A stretch of DNA of 64,000 nucleotides. Origin: Azolla caroliniana (lineage: Eukaryota > Plantae > Polypodiophyta). Under the pieces are notes generated by a model. It saw only the letters and a program-made list of their open reading frames with translations, was not told the DNA's origin and made no database searches. The position numbers were made by a program, and so were the translations under genes. The stretch lies in contig JBHGNT010000006.1 of the NCBI GenBank assembly GCA_043228905.1, positions 21,142,001 to 21,206,000 of the forward strand. Direction: 5' to 3'. Shown here in pieces: positions 1 to 13,700 of the stretch (the stretch's first letter is position 1; every line of letters begins with the position of its first letter).

Positions 1-11
1 AGGGGAGATAA

Positions 12-446
12 TGTCACATTATAGACTCCAACCTCTGATTTGTAGCACATCTAGTACATAGTGTTGTGTTAGACCATATGGAAACTCTTTTGAACATGAA
101 TATGGTTTAATATTGTATAGTTTAGCATATATTCTAGTCGTTAGGATATTCTAGAAATATTTTGTGGTATATTCTGAGAAATATCTTGAGTATATTCTAG
201 AGATATTTCTTGAGTATAATCTAGAGATATTCAATCTCAGAACTTATATAAATACTTGTAACCTACGTTGTTCCTTTCAAGGATTCAGTGCTAGTCATTG
301 ATGAATCAATCTAGTATTCTTGTTCCATTGCAGCTTGTCTCCTTCTTCATCTCATGCTCTTATGTCGTTCCCAACTTCTTAAGTTCCACACTAGTATCCC
401 CATCATTCATGCTCTATTTGAGTCCGTGGTTGGTGTGTCCATGACA
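12..446 (+). mobile_element. 3' LTR of an LTR retrotransposon entering from the left edge
   Basis: Purine tract aggggagataa (1-11) directly precedes TGTCAC...; ends ...ATGACA at 446, where Copia RT sequence begins. Confidence 0.6.
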
Positions 447-590
447 ACGACTCCTGACATGGGCTATGTTAGGTTGTGTCACAACCATTGTGTACATCAA
501 GGAGCCGACTACCAGTGCATATGGTACCAACTTCATATCTTCCCCCTCTGCACCGGTTTCTAGATCTCTTTCGGTTCTCGCCGGGTCCTC
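447..590 (-). pseudogene. Copia RT C-terminal fragment, probably the continuation of Copia D (16393+)
   Basis: MKLVPYALVVGSLMY..QPNIAH matches the Copia PYxxxVGSLMY..RPDIA motif. Confidence 0.65.
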
Positions 591-2216
591 TTTATTCATC
601 ACCAGATCCCATCTGAAGAGACCGATTTCCCAACAATCTCCCCCTTCACTCCGGTATGGGATGTCTTGTAAGTCCGATCTGTTTCCGGCATGCGTCCAAC
701 TTATCGGGTGTCAGCATCTTGGTCACCATATCCGACCCATTCTCCTCTGTGTGGATCTTCGTCAGCACGAACTCTCAATCTTCAACTCACTCCCAGATCC
801 AGTGGTACCTGTGCTAGATGTGCTTCGTTTTGGAATGGTATGCCGTGTTCTTTGCAAGGTGGATGGCACTTTGATTGTCGCAGTAGAGCCGATATTCCTC
901 TTGCCGGATCCCTAGCTCTCCGATGAAGTCCTTCATCCATAATATTTCCTTGCCGGCTTTCACGGCTGCCATGTACTCCACCTCCGTGGTTGACAACGCA
1001 ACCGTCTTCTGCAACCTTGACTGCCACGAAACGGCTCCCCTTGCATAGATCATGACATATCCGGAAGTTGACTGGCTGGTGTCCACATCCGCCGACATAT
1101 CCGAATCGGTAAATCCTTCCATGAGGGGTTTACTGGAGCCGAATCGGAGGCACATACTTGAAGTGCCCTTCAAGTACCGGAGTATCCATTTTACCACATT
1201 CCAGTGGTCTTTTCCGGGGTTGGTCGTGAACCGACTCAACACTCCGACTGGGTATCCAATATCCGGTCGGGTACACACCATTGCGTACATCAAGCTCTCG
1301 ACCGTAGAGGCATATGGAATCTTCATCATATCCGCCTTCTCTGCCTTTGTCTTCGGGCTTTGCTTACCTGATAATCTGCAGTTTGCTGGGAGTGTCGATC
1401 CGACCGGTTTTTCTTTTGACATGTTAAATTGCTGAAGCACCTTTGTCACGTTGTCGTGCCTTTCAGCGTCAGATCGTTACGTGAGTCGGGTGGGAACCGC
1501 TGGGGTTTTGGACTAGGAGAAAGAAGAATATGAGATAAGGCTCCTTATGAATGGATTGCAAGAAAGAGATATATTTGAAGGAAGATATGAAACTCGTGAA
1601 TCCCACGAGTATAGTGTATTAATTGATACTTAGAATGTAAGAGAGAAATAGATGGCAAAATCATGAATCCTTATCTTATTCAAACCTTATAAAAAAATCA
1701 ACCACCTATACATCTTTCTCTCTTCCTTATATAGTGTTGGAAGAGTCTAAGTTTATCACATGCAAGCATCATGCTTTTCCTAACTTTAGTTTTCATGCAC
1801 ACTGCATGTGCATGATTAGCTTTCTATCCCATCTTTTCTTTTAACTCGAGTGTGTATGCATGAATAACTTTTTGTACCATGCATATCTAGAATATTTACA
1901 TGGGATAAAGTTTAGTATAACTTTAAAATTCATAATATGCTAGTATAGTGGTAAGGCTTAAAAATCATTAACATGGAGGTACAAGGTTCGAATCCTGCCT
2001 TATGCATGTAAGAATCTTTTCTTCTATTTACAAATTTGTCTCTTCATCCGGTTCTCACCGGTTCCTCCTTGCCGATTCCATCCTTCATCCGGTTCTCACC
2101 GGTTCCTCCTTACTGATTCCATCCTTCATTCAGTTCTCACCGGTTCTTCCTCACCGGTTCCTCCTTACCGGTTCCATCCAGAGGGACAAAAATGCAATTT
2201 TCACGTAGTGTGCGAA

Positions 2217-5200
2217 TTACACTACAACACTCGCCCCCTCCAAACCCGCATATCCTCCGGTATGTGTCGAAGTTCCCGATGCCTGTTGCTCGTCTTCATC
2301 TGTAGCACTACCCAATTCCTCCTTTATATCAACCATCAATTGTAGACCACTTTCTTCACTTTCGGCATCACCACGATCTTTGTTCGGTTGCTCCTCGTTG
2401 TTGGTCTTGTCTAGGGTTACATAGGGTTTGTCATCAGTCCACTTCTTGAAGATCTTTACCCACTTCCCTGCTATAGGCACTTGTAGTATCGTTCCATCCA
2501 ACTCGCATAGTCGGTAAGTTCCGTTGTTGAAAACTTTCCGAACCTCGCATGGACCCAACCACCTTTTCGTGAACTTCCATATCGTTGTATGTTGATGATC
2601 CAAACTACTGTCATAGACAATCACCCAATCTCCTTCTTCAATCTTCCGTGGTCGTAGTCGGTGCTTTGTATTGAACCGGCTTTTGTTCCGGAATCATGCT
2701 TCTTGTTGTTGGCGTGTTGCTTCCTCTATGTCTTCCGGTCTTCCCTCTAGTTGTCGTATCCAGACCGCTAGTAGCTCTTCCCGGCTCATCTCTTCCTTCC
2801 ACGGTAACATTGTCCATGTCGCGATCGCGGTTTCCGTCGGCATTACCGGTGCTTGTCCGGTCATAAGTTCTGTCGGCATATAACTGGTTACGGAGCTATC
2901 CGTCGTCTGATCCACCCATAGTGCATACGGGAGCATCTGTGGCCAATCCTTCACCCTTCCGTCGCATGCTTTGGCAAGTGCTTTGACGATCAAACTATGT
3001 CCTCGTTCGATTTTCCCGTTGGCCTCTGGATTGTATGTCATTGTTAGTGTTAACCGAACTCCATGTTTGGTGAAGAATTCCCTAGCTTTATCAGAGTCAA
3101 GTTCTCCCCAATCTGCAATCACTTGTCCTACGCACCTGTACCTACAAAACACCTCCTCCAAAAGAAATTGGCATACCGCAGAACACGTTTTCCTTCGTAG
3201 CGCCCGACCTTCTACTTGGTTTGTGAGAGCCTCCCGAGCTAACACCAAGTACTTCTTTTGTTCGATCCTGGTTGGCATGGCTACAATGTCGACCATCCAT
3301 TTGAAGTTGATTGTCCGTGAGAATGTCGGATGTAACTCATCTCGATGTCGAACTCCGGAGTAGATTTGACACTTCTCGCAGCTTTCCATGAACTCCGCTA
3401 CATCTTTGTACATATTCTTCCACCAATATTTTTGTTTGATTTTCACAAAAGTTGCCCATGTTCCTCGATGTCCAGCCCAATCGGATTCGTGAAACTCGGA
3501 CATTATCTGGTTTCGTTGCTCTTTCGTCCCAACTACCCGAAGTGGTATGCCATCCGGTCTTTTCGGCTCCCTCCATATTAATCCATTTTTCAAGAAGAAC
3601 TTTCGGACTTACCTCTTCTTACTTCGGATCTCGGCTCTCTTCTCTTTATTGTCTAATGATTCGTCGATTTCTTGTAGCACTTTCCCAATCAACATGCTTT
3701 CTCCCTCGTATTCTTCTTCCTGGAATTCTCGGATTACGTTCACCTGAGATATGTGCTCCGAAGCAAAGTAGTCTTCGGAAACTTCTTCATTATCGGATTT
3801 AGTTATGTCGTCTCCGAATCATGCCCTTGATAGCATATCCGCTACCACATTGTCTTTTCCGGAGATGTGTCGTACCTCCGGATTAAGTGACTTAACATAT
3901 GCAATCCATCTTAGCGTAGCCACATCCGGTATCGTGCAACACCGCATCATCCCGAGTATCGGAAGACAATCCTTTTCGATCACTATTTCGGCTCTGATCA
4001 AATAATCTCGATCCGATTTGATTGCCGACACGACTCCCCATAATTCTCTTTTGACTTGTGTATATCCGCGTTGCCTTTCATTGAGAACCTTTGCTCCAAA
4101 TCGGATCGGATATCGCAAACCATCCGAGTTGGCTTGATTGATGACCCATCCGATCCCGGTTGGGCTTGTATCAATCGTTACTATAACCGGTCGGTCATAG
4201 ATCGGCTTCTTTAGTGCTTTTGCCCTCCGTAGTGATTTCTTGAGCTTCTTCACGGCTTTGGTATGCTCCGGTTTCCATTCAAACTTCTTCCCCTTCCGCA
4301 ACAAGTGATAGAGTGGGTCCGCTATGTGTGCATAGTGCGGAATCCATATATGGTAAAATGCACATGCCCCAAGAAATCTACGGACTTCGGATTGCGACTC
4401 GCATACTTCTTTCATAGCTTGAATCACATCGATCTTGGTTGGTGATGGTCTTCAGCTGTAGGGCCCACATAGATGGCCGACTACCAATATTTCTTCTTGC
4501 TCGAATGCCTATTTCTCCCCGGAAAGTGTTAGGTGCACATCTTCTAACTTTCGAAGCACTTTCTCGCAATCACGAATATGGTCGACTACGAACTTTCGGC
4601 ATCCCCGATCATCCATAGTTTCATCTTTTTCTTCTACCGCGCATCCTTTCATCGGAATGTTATCTAGGAACGACATCGTTATCTTCGGAATGCAATCTCA
4701 AAGCACCTTGTTCATCGCGTTCATCATATGTGCAACCGAGTTTGTTGCGCCTTGTGGTAGTGTGCACATTCGGACTAATCCTATTGGTGTCCGCATGGTA
4801 GTGATGTCTCGGCTCTCCACGGCTAGTGGAATTGGTCATACCCCGAATATAGGTCTCTGATGGAGTATATCGGACGACCGGAAAATGCTTCCGCAAATTC
4901 GTCCACTATCAGACTGACTCCGGAGTTCCGGATCGTGACCTTGTTCACTGGTTGCAAGTCTTCAATAAATCGGAGTGACCGATTCTTCTTCGGAACTGTA
5001 AACCATCGATTTGAGTACGGAGCGTTTGATGGCTCTAGAATCCCCATCGCCACCTTCTCCTTGAGCAAGTCGATGATTTTCGGAATATGCGACCGTGGCA
5101 CTGGAATCGGCTTCAGGTTCCACGACACATGATCAATCGTGAAGATCACCATCGGCTCCACTATCTTCGGATCAACGCACCCTATCTCCTTCGATGTGAA

Positions 5201-5821
5201 TGCAAATGCTTTTCCATGTTGTTCCAATATCTCACGGAATCGTTCTTCTTCATTTTGTAAAAGGAAACCACCTCCACCGATCCGAAGTTTCTTCCGGGTC
5301 TCATCCGTGAAGGCATGTCCAATATCCACAGACTTCCGAAGTGTCGGATCACCCGAGACTTCTTTCCTCTTTTGCTCGCTATTGGCGGGTAATGGTCCCC
5401 CGGCCGGTTTCACTTTCTTCTCCACGGTCTTGTATTTCATACTTACCATTGCTTCTTCTTTGCAGAGTGCATCCGGCCCCATTTTTGCAATGATCTCGTA
5501 CATCTCCACCGATTCCACCGGGAATACCCGGTCTCCTTGGCTTTTATCCTCCACAAGCTCTTCAAGCCGTTGTAGCGTGTTCCCATAGAACACTTCTTCG
5601 ACTACCCCCACGATTTCTTCGTCTTCTTTTATTATTGATGCCGACCACAACTTATCCTCTACTTTTTGGTATTCTTTCTTCATCCCTCTGGTTACGGCCA
5701 TGTACGTAGATGCCCCATCCGGACCGATTCGTACTTGTTTTGCTTCGAGAGTTTTTTTCCTGTGTGGGGTATCAGGGCTTCTCGGACTATCACTTCCCCA
5801 CTCCGCAACAATCCGCTCTAA
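2217..5821 (-). pseudogene. Gypsy B pol (RT, RNase H, integrase), fragmented
   Basis: RT PYSNRWFTVPKK..DLYSGYDQF; RH DTSPTGIG..KRELWG..NVVADMLSR; IN HxxxxxGH..CEKC, YNPEANGKIER; C-terminal WLGP. Confidence 0.9.
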
Positions 5822-7853
5822 AAATCCAGCCTTGTTTGGGACAAGAGCTCTCTCTTGTTCCTTTCATGATTTTCCGGCACAGTTAGGAATTGGACGGATT
5901 TCCCTCCGCTTTGGCTCCGAATTCGTGCAAAAGCCGCACTGCTATCGAGCACCTTTGTCTCCATTCGTGAAGCTGTGATAAAGGGTTGCCCGAGGATCAC
6001 GGAATGTGAGACCTCGTCTTGTACGAAGAAATTTTGGTCGATCTCGACATCCCCGATCTTCACCGTCACATCCGGACAAGCTGCAAATAGATCTTCCGTT
6101 GCTTTAGTGGCCGCCTGGATCTTCCATCCATGATTGGTGTTAATAGGAAACTTCCCCTTCCGATACAACTCCTTATACATCAAATTGATCTCCGATCCGT
6201 GATCAATCAATGCTAGCACGGGCTCTTTGATGTTGCTGATTCGGACCGGAGTCTCGGTAGTTGCACGCGCCCAATGTGGCTTTATATAGTGGGAATTTGG
6301 AATCTCGTCCTCCACTTCGGTGTCGTTCATTAGAACGGTATTCGCATTCACCATCGATGCATTTTCCTCCGTAGTTTGTCTTTTTCGTTTCACGAGATCC
6401 ACAAGAAGATCATGGAACTCCTTTTTTGCTATTCCGAGTAGTTCCCGAAGCAAAAAATCTACCCGACTGTCGAGGATTCTCTCCTCGAACACTTTCTTTA
6501 TGTCCGTTTATTGTTCGATGTCCAAAGCGAGTTTGAATGTCAGAATCGTTTTTCCTTTCACTCTTTTGTCGGAGTTCCAACTCTCTGGTGTCTTCGATGG
6601 TCCGGCCGCATCCTCCGTGCGTCACCGCTTCTCGTCCACGTACACCTCATGTAATTGACATAGGGCGTATACACTATTCTTATTGACGGGGCACTCCCAT
6701 CCCGTAGCTTCCCGGATGCCTTCCGCGGTGCTTCGGATCTCGTCGTAGTCGGTTTTCTCGGTGTTTTCTAGCACTTCCGGCCAAAAAGACACCTTTGCTC
6801 CCGATGACTCCCCGACATGTATTCCCGCGGTTGTCGCGTAATTGCTCTTCGCCGCTATTTCCTCCTCTAGGACCTTCTTCATGCCATCTTTTCGGAAGTT
6901 CGGTTAGAGCGGCTTCTGAGAGTCCATCGAATGAATTTGATTTCCCTCGTAGTAGATAAGATCCTGTCGTAACACTTCCTTGTGCTCGTCGCAATCCCTC
7001 TGATCATGTTCGGTGCTATTGCACCATATGCACCGATGGTCCATATACTTGGAACTTGTGGGACGGTCATCCGACTTCTTCACCATCGCGATTTTTTGAT
7101 TCTCCATCTCTTTTAGCAACTGCTCCACCGTAGTTGCGTCGATTCCCTTCTCGGTCGTAGCTTCTCTAGCCCGCGGTTGATGGTCTTTTGATCCGGATCT
7201 CGGTTTCGGAATCGGTTCTGAAACCCTCTTTTCTTCGTTGGCAAGCCATTGCCCCCTCTTTGTGTATCACGCGACGATATCCCACACACTTTCCCATGTT
7301 TCGGTGAGGCCACTCTTGGTAGTCGTGTCCTCTAGAAGCACTCCAAGATCCTTCCGATCCCAGACGTCTACGGTTCGTAAGAACATGATAACTTTGTCTG
7401 GTGTGAGGATAGCTTGATCTCTCGTAGACAACCTCTCGAATAGACTTTCGAATGCCGAAAACACATCGAGGACCTTCATCCCCTTATCCGGCGTTTCCAC
7501 CCAATCTTCGAATCCTCTCCTTGTTTCCTTGGAAGAGTCCTCGATGACGAACCTTGTCTTTAGGGCCTCTTCAAATACTTTCCATGTCCGATTCTGTTGT
7601 CGTATCCCGTGCATACTCCCTTGAAGCCCATCTATAGCCACCCGATTGAAGGATGTCACCTGCAATCCTTCCAATATTCCACATCGTAGCATTTCTTCCT
7701 TGTAATCCCGCAAATATCATGACACATCTTTCCCGTTGAATTGCCCGTTCCGTTGCACGAGCCGCTCAACTGTCGCTACAATCTCTGACATTGAGCGTTG
7801 TTCTTGTAACAACCTCTCGAACATCACCATCATATTGTTAGTCTCCATCTCCT
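5818..7853 (-). pseudogene. Gypsy B gag + aspartic protease, with stops/frameshifts
   Basis: Zinc knuckle CIWCNSTEHDQRDC (~6990-7030); protease LIDHGSEIN..VILGQPF in ORF 5818-6492. Confidence 0.85.
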
Positions 7854-10778
7854 TGCCACCCATCTTCACGTCAGGTTCACCACTTGTGTCGTGCCTTTCA
7901 ACATCAGATCGTTACGTGAGTCGGGTGGGAACCGCTGGGGTTTTGGACTAGGAGAAAGAAGAATATGAGATAAGGCTCCTTATGAATGGATTGCAAGAAA
8001 GAGATATATTTGAAGGAAGATATGAAACTCGTGAATCCCACGAGTATAGTGTATAAATTGATACTTAGAATGTAAGAGAGAAAAAGATGGCAAAATCGTG
8101 AATCCATATCTTATTCAAACCTTATAAAAAAATCAACCACCTATACATCTTTCTCTCTTCCTTATATAGTGTTGGAAGAGTCTAAGTTTATCACATGCAA
8201 GCATCATGCTTTTCCTAACTTTAGTTTTTAGGCACACTGCATGTGCATGATTAGCTTTCTATCCCATCTTTTCTTTTAACTCGTGTGTGTATGCATGAAT
8301 AACTTTTTGTACCATGCATATCTAGAATATTTACATGGGATAAAGTTTAGTATAACTTTAAAATTCATAATATGCTAGTATAGTGATAAGGCTTAAAAAT
8401 CGTTAACATGGAGGTACAAGGTTCGAATCCTACCCTATGCATGTAACAATCTTTTCTTCAATTTACAAATTTGTCTCTTCATCCGGTTTTCACTTATTCC
8501 TCCTTGCCGATTCCATCCTTCATCCGGTTCTCACCGGTTCCTCACACCGATTCCATCCTTCATCCGGTTCTCACCGGTTCCTCACCGATTCCATCCTTCA
8601 TCCAGTTCTCACCGGTTCCTCCTTACTAGTTCCATCCGGAGGGACAAAAATGCAATTTTCACGTAGTGTGCGAATTACACTATGACAACGTATTTTTCCT
8701 ATGACAACCATAATTGCTTCTTCGACCAGTCCTGGATGATGTGCATCCCCAATATTTGTCTTGTCGGACCCAAGTCTTTCATTGAGAAGGTCCGGTTAAG
8801 GGCCTTCTTCAACATCCGTATCTTGACTTGGTCTCGTCCGACGATCAACATGTCTTCCACGTACAAGAGCAATATTAGGAATTCTTCTCCATCAAATTTC
8901 CTCACAAACACGTAGTGATCGGCCTGCGTCTTGTGGCACCGTTGATCGGTCATGAAGGATTCAAACTTCCGGTACCATTGCCAGGGAGCTTGCTTCAGTC
9001 CGTATAAGATCTTCTTCAGCCGACACACCAGGTGCTCCTCCCTTTCTTCTCAAATCCTTCCGGTTGATGCATGTAGATCTCTTCTTCAAAGTCTCCGTGT
9101 AGGAATGTCGTCTTGACATCTAGTTGCTCTACCTCGAGGTCCATGCTTGCCGCTATGCCCAAAACCGTCCGGATGGATGTTATCTTTACTACCGGGGCAA
9201 AGATCTCATCAAAGTCCACTCCTTTCTTTTGCTAGAAGCCCTTCACCATGATTCAGGCCTTATACCTTGGTAGATTTCCAGCGTCTCCCGATTTCAGCTT
9301 GTACACCCACTTGTTCCGGAGTGCCGTCTTTCCTTTTGGCAACTCCACCAATTCGTATGTGTGGTTCTCATGCAGGGAATCCATCTCATCCTACATGGTA
9401 CTCAACCACTTGCGGCTATGGGTGTCTCCCCTTGCTTCTTCAAAGCTTTCCGGCTCCCCCTCATCAGTTAACAACACATGCTCTGCATCTGGAAATCTTT
9501 AGGGGCTCTTCTCTCCCGGAGAGGATATCTTCGTCCTTGGTTTTTGACTGCCAGTTCCTCCGTTTGTTCCGAATCCGATTCCGATTCGGGATCTTGTCTG
9601 GTTTCATTGTCTTCTTCTTCTTCTTTAGTTGGTTCGGTTTCCTGTCCGTATTCGGCCGGTTCGTCGAGTGTCATCCAGTTACCAGCTAACATCCGGTTTT
9701 CAACCAGGTATATACTTTTGTCCTCAAACCGGTTTTCAATGGATGATCCGGAGTTCGTTACCTTCTTCTCCGACTCCTAGTCGGCAATGGCCCTGTCTTC
9801 CATGAAGACTATATCCCAACTCTGGAACACCTTTCTGTCGACCAGATCCCACACCCGGTAACCGAACTCATCATCGTCATATCCAAGGAATATGCATGGC
9901 CGGGACTTCGGATCCAACTTTGCTGTCTTGTCCTTTGCCATATGCACGTATGCGAGAAACCCGAACACCTTCAGATGCCGGTAAGACACATCCTTACCAG
10001 TCGATACTTTCTGCGGTGAGTCTCCGTCCAAAGGTATTGAGGGTGATCTGTTTATCGCATAGGTCGCCGTCGTCATCGCCTCAGCCCAAAACGTCTTGGG
10101 TAATTTGGTATGTGCGAGCATGCTCCGGACTCTCTCCATTATGGTCCGGTTCATCCTTTCGGCCATCTCATTTAGTTTCGGCGTCTTTGGCACGGTGGAT
10201 TCGAGCCGGATTCTCTTCGACCGACAATACTCCTCGAACTGCCCCCGGTATTCTCCTCTATTGTCCGCTTGAACCGCCTTCAGCTTCCGGCCGATTTCTC
10301 TTTCCACTCTTGCGTGGAGTTCCTTGAAGACGGTTAGCACCTAATCCTTCGACTTCAACGGTGAGACCCACAGCTTCTGGCTGTGGTCATCTATGAATGT
10401 CACGAAGTACTGCGATCCATCATGTGACTTCGTGTCTACTTGACACACATCGGTATGCACCAGCTCCAGTGGTGCATTCCGTCTCATCGATGGTCTTGAC
10501 TGGAAGGAGGTTCGGTTTTGCTTGCCGGCCAGGCAGTCAATGAACTTTTCAAGTTGCACGTCCTTCACCGGAATGAGGTTGTCTTCAGCAAGCCTCTTCT
10601 TCCCCTTCTCACTCATGTGACACAGTCTTTTGTGCCACGGTTCACCGGCAGGGTCAGATGCTACGCTCACTTCTTCCCGGCATATCCGAGCATGCATCAA
10701 GTATAGTGTGTTGACCTTTCGGGCTCAAGACACCGTTCCGGATGCTACTTGTGTAGCCTTTATCATCTAGCTGACCGG

Positions 10779-13700
10779 TGTCGTGAAGATTTCCGGCTAT
10801 AGTGTGAAACCGGGGTGGAATGGGCAAGTTGGTGGTGTGCAACATGTGCACATGTATACTAGGATATGGTGTATAGAAAGAGAGGGGAAATTTTATCCCA
10901 CATTGTAAGGTCCCTCCCTCCTCGGGCTATAAAAGGAAGGGAGGGGTCACTTATGAAGGGTTGCCTATTTTGCGTATGAAAGGTATACCACTTAGCCTAG
11001 AGTTCTCATCGTTCTAGGGTTAGGGTTTCGTTTAGGGTTTTCCGTTTCATCTTCGGTTAAGGTTTTCTCATAGTCGTTTGGTGCGGCCCATGTGGCCACC
11101 ATTGTTGTAATAATTCGTTCGTTTTTAATATAACTTGTTGAGGATCTTGCCTTGGCCGATCTCTCCTTCTATGTCATGGTATTATTCTTTCCTCTTCTCC
11201 TCTTGAGCTAAGCCTCCATATCATGTCTTATCCTTTCTCCTCTACTCCCTAGTCCGAGACCCCTGTGGTCCCGCCCCTTCTACATGCACGCGCGTAACAA
11301 CACAACATATTTGGTAAACCGACGTGAAGGGCGGCAAGGGAGCATGGAGATGGAAGAAGACTTCGACTTTGCGGAGATGATGGAGAAGATTGTGATGGAG
11401 CCCGACGGAAGAAGGCGAGGCAAGATGTGGCTCAACAAGCCGTCGAGAGGGTGGTCGATCGAGTCGACCGACTCAACGGGGACGAAGTCCCGAGTTTCTT
11501 GGAAGCGTACAAAGCCGAGATGATGAGGAGGGGCGTGAATGAAGTGATGCGGCTAGAATATTTTCCTCGAGTGGCGGCCGTATTGGTGCACAAGGAGGTC
11601 AAGGAGCTACGAGAAGCTCACGAGTCATGGGAGTCCTTTGAGGGAGCTCTATTGGACGCATATGGCTACGCGAAACCGGAGTGGCTATGCCGGCAACCTG
11701 ATGGGGAGCGGTCGGCAACAACGTGGCCCACGAGCGGCGGAGAAGAGAGGGCGGTGAGCGGCTATGCACTACCATCGGAAGAGAGCTCAACGCGCGATCA
11801 ACCGGAGGAGTACGACCTAGAGGCGTTGATATGGGAAGCGTGCGAGAGCATGAAGGCGAAGTTCGAAGCTAAAGAAGGGCTTATTATGGAGTTGGGCCGG
11901 AGACGATCCGAGGATGCGGGGGAAGAAGCCTCCCTATGCGTGGACGATGGGGCCTATACGGAGGGCGGAAGAGCGTGCAACGACGAAGACGTGGGAGAGG
12001 GTGCAGGGCAAGCGACCCTCTCGTCTTGCGGAAAGGGGACGGCCATGGACGAGGCCGGTGGCTACGAAGCGCGGAGCACCACTTCGAGAGTGGGCGGAGG
12101 ATTCGGGACACGATGGCCCAAAACACCGAGCGGGGAGGAGACGAGCGGTGGTGCCAGGACCTTACCCACACCGATTCTAGAGACTCCAGCATCCGGCCCG
12201 AGAGCCGGTGTGAGACCTAGAGTGATGAACGGTGGCGACGGCAAGGCGGGCAACCGAGATGACGACAAAGAGATCGAGGAAGAGGAGGCGACAAGTGTAA
12301 TTGAGGCTTCCGCGATCGGAGACGGGGTAGCCACGGACAACGACGTCCGGATAGAGGTGGCTACGGACATAACGAGCAGCGGTGCCGGGATCTTACCCAC
12401 ACCGGTCCTAGAGGCTCTGGCGGTCGGCCCAAGTGCCGGTGTGAGACCTAGAGCGACGGGCGGTGGCAATGGCAAGGCGGGCAACCGAGACGAAGATGAG
12501 GACGTGAGGCTCGGAACGGGCATATACAAGAGGACCGACGGAGAGGTCAGGAGCGGCAAAGAGGAGGGAGTCGGGAACCGACCTGACCGAAAGATGAACC
12601 GGTCGATAATTCGACACGACCGGAAGACGATGCGAAAGAAGATTGGAGCGGGGTCCGGTCAACCGGGCCCGAACCGAAGAAGAGCCGGCAGGGCCGGTTT
12701 TGTTCGGACAAACATGTACCGGCCGGTTACGATTACAGAAGGGAGCCGACAAAACCAGAACTCGATTGGCCGAGACTGATCCGGGCGAAGGCTAAGTCGG
12801 CATGATTGGAGGACGAGGTGAATGAGCCACAACACCCGGTGGGAGCCGGTGAGCGCGAGAAGGAGGCCAAGCATGCGTGAGGAGTACGACTTGGTGGGAG
12901 GTCAAGAGCGAGAGGAGCCCTCCACATCTATCGTTGAGACTTTGGCGGTTGCGGATCGATGTAAGACCAAAGAGACGGCGGGTGGCGGCGATGAGTCGGA
13001 AGCCGGAGCGGACGAGGATATTGGAACGAGTATCCGATACGGAATGACGGACGAGGGGGCCCAAGACGATAAGCCGGGGTCGGAAGGGAGAAGAGGCCGA
13101 CGCGGAGGTCGGGACTACAGCGGGAGAAGCGTGTAACACGAAGCATGCATTACAACGTAAAATGGAGCATGCACTACGGCCGGCGAAGGGCCAAGAAGCA
13201 AGCATGCACCTGGAAGAGCGGCAATGAGTGACCGGCAATGGCGGACCAGTCGAGCCTTTGAGAGGCAAGCACGCGGCAGGAGACGGATTGGTGAGTTGCC
13301 GGGATCAGCGGATGAACGACGAGAGCGGAGGATGGTGCGTGGAGAGCAAAGAACTACGCACCAGGGAGAGAAAAAGCGGCATCCCGGAGGATGTCCGGGG
13401 CCAAGCGGGCCAAGAGGATGCAAATCGGGATGAGGCGGTAACGAGAGCCGCGAAGAACCCCGACACGAAGGTCGGGATGAAGATACGCTCTACTACGAGA
13501 TAGCACGAAGAGCAAGGGAGAATCGAGGTGTGCGTAATGGGGTCACCTAAGGACCAAAGAATGAGCATGCATTCGGAGGAGCCGCAACAAGTGACCGATG
13601 ATGACGGTCGGAGGAAGCCTTCAAGAGGCAAGCGCGGGACGACGGACGGTGCGACGAGATGCCAAGATCGACGGAACGAGACGAGCGTGATCGGCATGAA

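Larger units (their letters stand above)
1452..8687 (-). mobile_element. Full-length Ty3/Gypsy element B with two LTRs, decayed
   Basis: LTRs 1452-2229 and 7887-8687; TSD ACGT (1448-1451, 8688-8691) restores Copia EKYVTKVL; PBS tggtgaacctgacgtga 7866-7882 (tRNA-Trp-like); PPT 2230-2241; domain order gag-PR-RT-RH-IN. Confidence 0.95.

Noticed and set aside
1935-2005. Functional tRNA gene
   Set aside because: Only the A and B boxes match; no acceptor or anticodon stems; it is part of both LTRs
11015-11041. Interstitial telomere
   Set aside because: Only a few tagggtt(t) units within LTRs (also ~14537 and ~29440); telobox-like, not an array
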